Assembly: GCA_012295275.1 (NCBI GenBank)
Contig: CM022677.1
Location: forward strand, 10,044,001-10,108,000
Length of the DNA stretch: 64,000 nucleotides
Direction of reading: 5' to 3'
DNA from: Chrysomallon squamiferum
Taxonomy: Eukaryota > Animalia > Mollusca
Every line of letters starts with the position of its first letter. Position 1 is the stretch's first letter. Positions 12,476-23,267 of the stretch are shown here, in pieces. The position numbers and the translations under genes were made by a program. The notes under the pieces are model-generated. The model worked only from the letters and a program-made list of their open reading frames with translations, had not been told where the DNA came from and did no database searches.

Positions 12476-14388
12476 GTTGTTTTCATAAAGAATATTAGCA
12501 AGTTTAGAGCAACTCTAAGTGATTTAAAGGAATGGAGAGATGATTGACAGAGCTATGAGACTGACTGTCTGATGGGAGGTTAACAAGTAAAGAGATAAAC
12601 AGGAAGATATACAGAAAGAAAGAGAGAGATATTGATATACTAATAGACAGTTAGATCAGTAGAAATTAACAAATAAATTGATAGATGTAGATGAATTTAG
12701 GCAGATAGGTAAACATGACAATGGCTATCTATTCTGTGTATTCTTCTTTCTGTCGTGTGTGTGTGTTTGTGGACAGTCTCTAATAGATATCAGACACATA
12801 GAGCAACAGATAGGTAGGTACATCAGTAGATATATGTAGATAGTCAACTAGTAGACAGCAGAGACACAGAGAGACAGGTAGGTATAGGCAAGTATAGACG
12901 GTAATGTAAAAAGGAATGTATATACAGTTGTAGGTATGCATAAATTGGAGAAGAGAATAGTAAATAAATGCGTATGGGAAGGACAATTTGCCTGTGTTTT
13001 TTGAAGAGTGAGTATACTTAGTATATATGTGTGCAAACATACAGAAAAATAGGGAGATCTGTAGGTATGTAGACAAGGAGATGTTTAAATGAGTGATAGA
13101 TGGTTACTGATGTCAGTGGATGGACAAGATAAAAGAAAAATAGACAAATACATAACTGTTATAATTAATGTGTATGCGTCTGTGTGTATATATAAATACA
13201 TTTGAATTAGAGAGAATGGGTATATAAATGTCAGATGATTGATAGAGACATGATAGATTAAGTATTTCTCAGGAATTATTAATGCACTTTTTTTATTTTT
13301 CTATTTTTCTCCCAAAGAACTTTCATATTAAATTAACTATATATGATTTGAAGTTTTTTTAACAGATACTATAATAGAGATCATATGTAATTTTGTGTTA
13401 TACAAAAAGTTCAGCTGCAGGAAATATAAAGAAATATGAATTCGGCGATAATTACATTTCAAATACATGTTCTAGAAACTATACATGTTATTAATAATAT
13501 AGTTTCCACAACCATAATGATATAGATTTACACGTGGTTTCATTTTATTTGAAGGTGAACATTAGAGTACACATGTATAAAAATACTCTCTCTGATAAGT
13601 AAAGAACAGCCAAAATAAGTTGTAATAAAATATGCAGAGAATGCCTTATTTCTTTACACAGTTATTTTAGCCAGTCTCACAGCACCATGTGTAATATAAT
13701 AGCTATTGAAACAATGTTAATACATTATTGCATCAGGTTTTACTACAGAGAAGGAGATTGTATTTTAATGGACATTCTTGCAAGAAGTTTTTGGTTAGGT
13801 TATCAATCTGTTTTCAAGTTAATGACATAAAAAGACAATTCATATTCATTTTTGTCATTTTACTAAATAGTTGTAATGAATTAACTGAAACATACAGATG
13901 TTGGTAAAATGTTTGGTAAATTTAAAAGTACATTATCATTTTATTCTTAATATCTATGTACTTAACAAATTTATTAGATAGTTCTGTTGCCTGTTAAATT
14001 TTCATTTATTAATGGATAATAATGGCTTGTCTTTCCCTATGAAAAATAATAAATGATGATGATTATTTAAAACAAAAATTATTTTAATATTATTACTATT
14101 TAGGTGTATTTTTAAATAAATTGTTTTGCTTAAGAATAAAGATCAGTAATAAATCAATTTTGTTTCTTTTAGAATTGTATATGCATTCAGTACCAGATAT
14201 TTTTCTCTGTCTGCGTGTTCTTGTGTGTGCATATACAATCATTGTGGATGATTATTCATGCAGGTATATTATAATTTATATATTCTGTTGGGATGCATTC
14301 TTTTTTAATTTTATCATTTATTCTTTCAGTGTTTCAGGAGAAATATCTTTACTATACAGTTAGTTTCATTTTTTTTTGCTTTCTATTT

Positions 14389-14431
<43 letters not shown>

Positions 14432-14516
14432 TTATTTATTTATTATTATTATTTTCTTAATTAAAAACCTTTTCATCCAAAACTTTCACATATGAGTATG
14501 TTGTTCATTTTATTAG

Positions 14517-14663
14517 GTGTCATTGGAAAACAAACCCAAGGACATTGATAGTCAGGCAATAATGAGTGGCTTGAAGGCAAAACGTGAAGCTCTTGATTTA
14601 GCCATAGCTGACAGAAAGCCTGCCATCCAGAGAAGCAAAGGAGTTGCTGTACAGTCTTCATAA
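14517..14663 (+). pseudogene. Isolated exon resembling part of a spectrin repeat
   Basis: Acceptor ttttattag, then VSLENKPKDIDSQAIMSGLKAKREALDLAIADRKPAIQRSKGVAVQSS*. A shifted frame continues REAKELL. It resembles the spectrin-repeat pattern D..S...L..K.EAL...IA.R.P.I by eye only. Confidence 0.3.
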
Positions 14664-14751
14664 ACAGAAGAAAAATAAATAAATAATGAGTGAATAGATT
14701 TATGTTTGTAGATATATATGTGTGTGTGTGTGTTACAGAGGGTAGATATTG

Positions 14752-14847
14752 ATGAACTATATCGATTAGAGTTACCTCCCTTTAGTTATAATAATGTTTT
14801 TGAACATATATAACTAAAGGGAGATAACTCTAATCGATATAATTCAT
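14752..14847. repeat. Near-perfect palindrome with ~41-bp arms
   Basis: atgaactatatcgattagagttacctccctttagttatata ... tatataactaaagggagataactctaatcgatataattcat, with 2 mismatches and a short loop. Confidence 0.9.
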
Positions 14848-14959
14848 GTTATAGCCTTTACGTAAGATGTATTCCCTACCCTAAGCAAAGTAAAAATTAT
14901 ATCTCCCGTTAGTGATATTTGCTTACAACCATAGCCTTATGTGAGATGTACTCACTAAG

Positions 14960-15240
14960 CTTACGTACGCTAATTATCCGTACGGGATAAATGGAACCTC
15001 CAAAAACGCCGAGATTCGATCGATTTAACGTTTCAACTTGCTTCTGGTACCTTCACAACTTGTCTGAGGGCGGCGGGGGACTATGGCAGTGGGCGAAGAG
15101 GTTAAAAATGGGGAGGGCACGCGCATCACCCACCCTGCCCTGACCCTAACCTCACCCCTTTTTATTCTATTCGCCCCCCTGCCCTAGTCCCCCGCACGTC
15201 GGCTATCTTACAGCATGTGGGCGGAGCTATAAACACAGGC
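14960..15240 (+). promoter_or_regulatory. GC/CpG-rich island with GC-box and TATA-like motif, containing an imperfect inverted repeat
   Basis: A sharp GC/CpG peak in the AT-rich background. gggcggagctataaa lies at ~15218-15233, followed by a donor-like ctg|gtaaat at ~15281. Confidence 0.4.
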
Positions 15241-17797
15241 TGCAATTTGTACAAGCACTAGGAGTTTTTAAGATTAAACTGGTAAATAAATAAAAAAGAG
15301 AAATATTGTTTGTATTTACTGACTGAAAATATAGAAACTTTTCTAGTGATCATATATTGCAGTTATTGACAGTGATTTCAGGATATATCTGATCTATCTG
15401 ATCTACGTTTTGTGTTTACAGTGGTGTGTGTGTTGGTGTACACATTTGCATACAAAAACACGCATACACACACAAATACATACATTAAGTATGTATTTCT
15501 TTCTTTTTTTATTCTTTTTTATTTGTCATCCATTTCCAAATCCAGGGGCTGCTGCAAGTATTATTAGAGATTTTAAAAATTAATTTTGTAAAATATATTT
15601 ATCTTGTCAAACAATTTATATTTTTTAAACAATTTACGCAAATACCTTGAGGTATAAATAATTTTGATCAATATGCTGCCTTATAACTGATCAGTATAAC
15701 ATTAATTCATAAATAATGTTGTATATCTTGTCAATAACCTGTCTTATAACATGATCAGTGTTACATTAATTCATAGTAACTTTATATACCTGATCAATAA
15801 CCTGTCTTATAATGTGCTGAAAAACATTAATTCATGGGTAGTTTTCTACACCTATTCGATAATCTGCTATAGACAGTTATTTGATAAAGATATTAATATA
15901 TCTATGAACTGCATCCTCACAAACTCATGTATTGACAGCAGCAGACTCTTCTGTACTGGCAGAACAGTTGAAAGAAACCACCACACTGTGCAGGCAAGTT
16001 AATGTGTTATTCAACTTCTACATAAAAGAAAATCATTTTAGTACTACTTTTCAAGTACAATTAAAAACATTCTCATTTTTAATATATTTATTTATATATT
16101 TATTTATTTATTCTTTAATTTCACGCTTACAGTTGATGGTTGCTGATCTGCATGGTCACTTCAGAGACTGGGTAGTTGTAGTGAAACATGGTAGAGGCAC
16201 TAGAATAAGGTTAGTAGTAATAGCAGTAGTATCTCTGTAGTAACAGTGACTAATTAGTAGAAATAGCAGTGAAGTAACAATGACAGATTAGAAATAATAG
16301 CAGTAGTATTGCTGTCGTAAAAGTGAAGCTTAATAGCAGTATCACTGAAGTAACTGGCAGATTAGTAATTCATTGAATGTGTCATGTAGCATTAGGTGGT
16401 CACTGGAAAAATATGGTCAGAGAAATAAGTAATGTTTCATGGTTTCAGAAATTCAATAACTCCAGTTTGGTGTCATGTTTATTGTGTTTGAATTTGATTG
16501 TGTTTAGATTGGTGGAGTAGCTGATTCTGAGTCTGGTAAGGTTGTTGTTTGTTACTAAAATGATTTTTTGTTTTGATCATGAAAGGTGTAACTAATATTT
16601 ATTTTATTTCTTTACTCTTATAACATTCACCCACTCCAGTCTCCATTTCAAAATCTAGATTGTAGTGAAAGAAGTGTTTTAAAGGGGTGAAATAAAGCTG
16701 TGTTTTCACAATACAGTTTGATACTTTATTTATTTGTTTACTTATTTATTGATTCTATCCTGACTACTTTGCTTATTGTTGTGATAATTTAAAAAATCAG
16801 TAATTAAAATAATTTATTGTGTCATTTGATAGAATGTTTTAGTTTTTTGTATTTTATTAATCTGATGTTTATTTGTTTTTAAATTTCTGCCAATTTTTAA
16901 TTTATTGAAGCTGTGAGTTATGTTATTTTATTTAGTGTTTTCTTTTTTCTATCTCAGCCAGTATTTTTATTTTTATATTTTCATTTCTTAGTTTGTTACA
17001 TTATAAATTTAACAATGTTTCTTCCTTTTAACTGTTAGAATTAATTTATACTACTATTATTATTTTTATTATTATCGTTAGTGTTATTATTATTATCATT
17101 ATTATCATTAGCATTATTATTATTATTAGAATAATTTTTTGTTACTATATCTCAGTTTTTATTATTTTTATATTTATATATATTTATAATATCTGTGAGT
17201 GTTTTTCTTTTAACTTTAAAAAATTTTTGAGTTTATATTTTATTAATAAAAAATTGAATTGATGGTGATTTAAGTGTAAGATACAATTTTAGGTTTGCTT
17301 CATTTTATCAAAAATATAATATGATTACATACAGTTAACACAGGATTATTTGAATGATATTACAATCTGTTTTAACAACCAGTTTTAGAGTAACAGTTGA
17401 GTTTTTATACTTCCTGCCATCTGTCTTAATTCTTTTTATCTATCTTTCACTTCTCTCTCTATTCTGGTTTTAAGACTCACATTTAGCACATTTTTGTGTT
17501 GAATTTTGCAGGATTTTCAACATCAGGGAGAGCTGCACAAAGTGTGGTATCAACTTGTAATATTGAGCTGAGTTATATGTCACCTAAAAATTTATACTAC
17601 TTATTCAGCACTGATTTTATTTAGTATCATAGTTCTAAAATTTAAATGAAATATGACAGAAGATTTTTAACGCATAAATATTTTATTGCAATTTTGTTTG
17701 TTGGACTATGTACAAGTATATTTTAAATATCACAACATTCTTTGAAATAACAACTTAGATATGTGTGACGGTCTGGGGATCAAATCTGCTGAGATAG

Positions 17798-17883
17798 AAT
17801 TAATGAACTGACCACTGTCTGTCAGTATGTCCATGTACTGTAAAGTAAACAGTACATATCTTAACATAGTCAGTTCATTAATT
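17798..17883. other. 86-nt hairpin
   Basis: Perfect 15-bp outer stem aattaatgaactgac/gtcagttcattaatt and 9-bp inner stem atgtactgt/acagtacat. Confidence 0.75.
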
Positions 17884-18392
17884 TTTAAACTGCTGCTTAC
17901 AATTTATCACACGTAGTAATAATAGAGATAGCAGTTGTTTTGTAGAAGGATGGAGAAAGATAATACATTTAGCAGCCAAATTTAAATCTTGTTTAAACTT
18001 GAATAGGTCTTTTTGTAAGATATATAAACTTTAGTTTAAAAGCTGGTGAATATATGATTTTAATCACGTATACACGATAGTAATAAAATAATAATAATAG
18101 ATGTTCCTTTATTATGTAAATTTTATTTCATTCTGTTTAAGATAAATAAATAAATAAATAAATAATAAAGATAGAAAGAAAGAAAGAAACGATTAAATAT
18201 ATTTTATTATTAGCTAAACCAAGCAAGAGCAATTCTCAAGTGTTTGTTAAGAGGTAATTGAATAGGGGCTTGAATATTATGTCAGCACTATAAATAATAT
18301 ACGCAACACAACTGTTTTCCAAGTATTTTAATTTAATACAGTTTACCTTACGTATTTGTTAGAAGGGCGTTAACTTTCATTGTCATTCTTAA

Positions 18393-18423
<31 letters not shown>

Positions 18424-20211
18424 GACAATAGCGTCTCTGAATAAAACCGTCACAATTTTGTCATCTTGTCGATATTGTGAATGAAAGGTTTGAATGTAGT
18501 GCGCCTGTAAACTACATTCTAATCAGAAAATTTGTCACCTATAAAACGAAACAAGTAGTGTTAGTCAGCTATTCATTATTCATAATTACTCTTCTAAACA
18601 GGCAAAGACAGGAACTTAGTTGATGCAGGAAATATCTCTCTCTCTCTATCTGTGCACAACAAAGAATTTTTTTTCCCTTATGAACAAATAAACAAACAAA
18701 ACATTTGCAATATTATTGAAATAAATAGCATTAATTAATTATATAAACAGTCGTATTTTACAGTTTTGCCAGAAAACTTTCAAAAACTTTATGTCACGTC
18801 ATTCAGATGGATGATAGTAGTAGAAAGGTGTTGTGAAGTTATTTTTATGACTATTTTATTATTTCCTAATCTAAAAAGTTGTCAAGCCATTTAACATTGT
18901 AATGTTTCCAGTGTAGCTGTTGGATGTCTGTCTATGTGTCTGTGTGTCCAACTATCTTTCTCAAATTTATTTCTCACCATTAATTTCTACGAATCTCAGA
19001 ACCGGCCCTGTTCCCCTCCTCTGTGATTATTGTGAATCAGTCCCTTGCTCCAACTAACTCGAGCATGAATAGAGAAGATGCAATATAATATCTAGTGAAG
19101 TTTTTGAGATATCAGTTACTATGTTTTATTATTTGTATGTATATCTGTGAATAGAACATTTTATACAATGCGTCATACAGTAATAATAATAATAATAACA
19201 CAACAACAATAATAATAATTATACTAATAACAGTAATAGTAATAACAACAACAATAAAGAACTAATAACAATAACAGTTTGAACAGTAACAACAACGATG
19301 CAAAAACAAAAATGATAATAATGCTTTCAGTTGTGTTGTGACAGTGTTAGTTGTTTCCCTTTTCATGTTTATTTTCTTTCTTTATTTTCATTCGTTGGTT
19401 CCTTCGTTCGTTCAATCGTCATTTTGTTCGTTCGTTTGTTCATTTTTATTTAATTTGATTTATTTATGAAATACATAGCTTCTTTATTATTATTTTTAGT
19501 TGTAGTTGCAGTAGTAGTTATAGTAGTAGTCAGGGCCATCCATCGATTATTAAGTGATCCTGGCATTTTAATATGGCAACTGAAGGAAGTTTTTAATTTG
19601 ATTAATTTATTTTTTATTTACTACTTTAGCGTTTTCCCTTCATATACTGTTTTATTTAACTGCATTCACGTTTTATTTGATTTTGATTGTTTATATGAAC
19701 TGTTCCTTACTGACATACTGCTCATAGATGACTAATTACAGTTATTCTTAGTAGTAGTAGTAGCTAGTAGTAGTGTTGTTGTTGTTGGAGTAGTCTAACA
19801 AAAATATTAACTGTAGTATTTATAGCTGAGTTTTAGTAGTAGTAGTAGTACTAGTGGCAATAGTAGTAACAGTAGTAGTAGAATTAGTAACACTAGTAAT
19901 AATAATAATAGAAATAGTGCAAACAAAAGTAATATTAGTAATTATAGTACTAGCTGTTTTACTACTACCACTACTACTATTACTACTACCACTATTATTA
20001 TTATTATTAGTAGTAGTAGTAGTAGTAGTAGCAGTGGTAGTGTTCTTACGTCTGTATTCATTATTTAGTTATTTATTTATTTATGTTTGTATTTATTTAT
20101 TCATTACTATGTCTTCCTTTACCAATTTTTTCGTTGTTTGCTTGTATGAATGAGACGGGATATATATATATCGAAGTTGTTGTTACTGTTCTGGTTACGT
20201 TAAAACACATT

Positions 20212-20256
<45 letters not shown>

Positions 20257-20479
20257 TGTCTGTGTGTGTGTGTGTGGAAGGAAGTGATTTGTATTGTAAT
20301 CTATTTTAGCAAGATAACGTGGCAATATCTATTTTTAGCAAACATTATATCTCTCTACTTATCAGTTACGAAGTGTTAGAAAACTAAAATCAAACTGAAC
20401 AAAAAATAAATAAATAAATAAAAAATAAACAACTGCTAGTGAAGTTGGGAAATCTGGTCGTGTGGTTTCTTTTCTGTAT

Positions 20480-21250
20480 TGGTTTGATGTTTTTCGTTTT
20501 GCACCTGTTATTATGATTTTTTTATGATCCTGATATTTGGAAATTGTTGAAAGACAACCAATACCCTCACATGGCCAGACATACAGAAGATTTGATGTTG
20601 ATGATTAGGCAAGACTACATGCTTTACGACACGAGATTCCCAACTGAAGAGAGATACCTGATGTGCATGATTCTAAAGTTATCCAAGAACATTTAACAAA
20701 AAAATTCACCTAAATATTTATAGTAATAATAACGTCACGTTTATGTAATTAATATGTTATATTAAGTTCAGTATGTGGATGTTGTAAAAATTTCTTCAGG
20801 TCTACCTGTAGTTTGGATTATTAAAATATATTTTATTTTTGTAGCACATTCCTTTGAATATTAATTCATAAGTTAATAGGGTGCATGGAGCTTTTGGAGA
20901 AACGAACAAGTGAAGGAACTATGAACATGTTCATTTCAGATAATTTAACGATAAGTCAAATTTTCTTTTCTTCTATAAGTCATTGAAGTGCAGTAAGATG
21001 GACTTTTGCACTTTTCATAAATTTTTAATTCCATTTTTAAGTAAAGTATTTCTACGTTTAAATGCTTGATTTTCCAAAGAGCATTCTCTTTTTGTGGCGT
21101 GTCCATAACGTCTTCATACTTTAATGCAATAAATAAATTTGTATTTTGCCAGTAATTTAGTTGTTGACTCTTTTTTTTAGCAGAAACATTTACCATAATT
21201 TTCATCCATATTGTCCCATTGCTGATCCAAGTATGTTTCTTGGCCACAGT
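20480..21250. mobile_element. Possible highly decayed PIF/Harbinger-like transposon relic
   Basis: The + strand gives ELLEKRTSEGTMNMFISDNL (~20887) and NIYHNFH...IADP (~21186), resembling the Harbinger N-terminus and the YNYK.F.SIVL.A..D motif. The divergent - strand gives NFRIMHIRYL (~20680), resembling a MADF/Myb helix. No TIRs were seen. Confidence 0.3.
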
Positions 21251-21656
21251 AATAACATTTTCAGGTGATTAGACAGTGCAGAAATCGACGCGTTTAAACA
21301 ATTTAACATGTGTTGCTGGGGCGTTGAATACTTGCCAACATGCTTAGTTGATTGCTTATTGAGCAACAGGCTTTTGTTAATTGAATTTTAGTTGCTTTTA
21401 ATGTAGTAAACATTTAGAAGTTTGTTACTGTCTATATAACAGCTTAGTTAGAAAACTGTTTTATAAATTACGTCCAATTATTTTGTTTTTCCTAAGGTAA
21501 GTATTTATGCTATGAAAATACAAACTTTAAAAAATATGTTATAATATAAAAAAAGTAAATAAAAAAATAAAATAAATAAATAAAAGCCATGTTAGTATAA
21601 TTTTTCACTTCCTATTGCTTTATTTTGTATTTTTGTATTATTACTATTATTATTAT

Positions 21657-21659
<3 letters not shown>

Positions 21660-21720
<61 letters not shown>

Positions 21721-21746
21721 CTCTCACACACACACACACACACACA
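21660..21746. repeat. Compound (CT)n(CA)n microsatellite
   Basis: Directly visible. Confidence 0.95.
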
Positions 21747-22529
21747 AAACTATACAAAACAGAGAAAAATACAAAACACGGAATTAAAAAAAAAAAATTA
21801 ACAAAAATTAGTCTCTATGATCAACTACTCGTAACGAGTTGTTACACTGTAACGATAAGGTATAAAATGCCCATCTTACCAGACGTTATATAGTGTTCTT
21901 TACTGTTTATTCGGTAGCCGAGTACGTTACTTTTTTTTATGACAAATAATTATTCAGCTGCTTCTAATATGGCAGAAATTAAATAATTAAGAAATTATGT
22001 GCTCGACCAGTTCATTTATCATTATTATTACAAGACCGCTGCTGATAAATGCAGTTACGGTTATAACCGTCTCATTATTTATAGTGTGTATACAACAACA
22101 ACAGTACAATTCTTTGTACATGCAAGTTATTATTTTAGTTGTTGTTGCTGTTGTTCTAGCAGTACAATAAGAAGCTTTATTATGATTGCAGTCGGAACTA
22201 TAGAAAAATGGAGACTCATGTGTAGTTTAGAAATAGCTGGGTATTACTTCTTTTTGGATATATATTATTTCGTTGTGAATTAAAAGTTCATTAGAAATTG
22301 TAGAATGATAAAAATTAATTAATTAATTAAAGATTTCTTTACACATAAAAGAAAACAAAGAAAAAGAACAACAACAACAACAACCCCACAATAATAAATA
22401 GATAACTTTAACAATACAAAACAAATTACATAATAATTGTGACATATCAGTTTACAACTGGATTGGTGTGAAAAAATATACTCTCAAAAAAAAGTGGAGA
22501 AATAAGAAATTACAATTGCCAAAACTGTA

Positions 22530-22858
22530 AGGTGTATTAGCTGCGGGAAATGGTTATGTGATAATAGCGAATTACTTGGTCAAACATTACAACCGATAGT
22601 TCAGTATGGGTTTTACGACTCCAGAGATCTTGAAGGACGACTGAGTTCAGAGAAGAAATTTGAGGATCTGATGGAGTGGAACTGAACACAATCAGTGTTA
22701 CGAGGCATTCATTCAATCGACAAGGCATATTGCGTACGAGTCTCCCAAAGGAGTTTGTTCCACACGTGTCCAGCGACAGATGCACCAATTCTTCTGCTCA
22801 CCACACCATTCCCGTCTATGACAATGTGACGACTGTAAGGTACCAGCCTGAGTACTGA
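22530..22858 (+). pseudogene. Decayed partial paralog of the 602-aa gene
   Basis: ggatctgatggagtggaactgaacacaatcagt (22663) matches ggatctgatggagtggaactggacacagtcagt (~23667). GSDGVELNTISV...PHVSS..C......IPVYDNV is collinear with GSDGVELDTVSL...PHLNS..C.......IPVFLDSV. Stops and deletions are present. Confidence 0.55.
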
Positions 22859-23175
22859 ACAAATGAGCAATGCATGTTCAAAATAAGGAATGTGTTGATA
22901 AACAGACCTGAACCTTCTTTGCTAGGATGTCTTGTCAAAAATTATTTTCTGTTCGATAACTGATACTAAGCATCAATATTTACTTTTTGTAAAGAGTATA
23001 TCAACTATGATCTTTGTAAACGAAATAAATTATTGTGCTAAAGGATTTGATTACAAAATTTAGTTTATAAAACTAAATATAACCAAGGTTGACAGCTGGC
23101 ATTAAGTTACTTGATATTTGTAGAGAGGTTCGTTGAACGATTGAGTAATAACGCTGACTGGAGACCGATCAGTAC

Positions 23176-23197
23176 AGTCACGTCACACGTGTATAAA
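23176..23197 (+). promoter_or_regulatory. Putative core promoter: CRE-like/E-box motifs abutting a TATA box
   Basis: gtcacgtcacacgtgTATAAA, with TATAAA at 23192-23197, about 70 nt upstream of the ATG at 23268. Confidence 0.5.
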
Positions 23198-23267
23198 CCA
23201 GCTGAGCTACAGCAGCCGGGCCCTGTTGTGTCTTCTCATACGTAACTAGTTTTGAGACTTTGGAAAA

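Noticed and set aside
15343-15402. Possible C/D box snoRNA (gtgatca...ctga)
   Set aside because: The C box is non-canonical, and there is no convincing terminal stem or recognisable guide.
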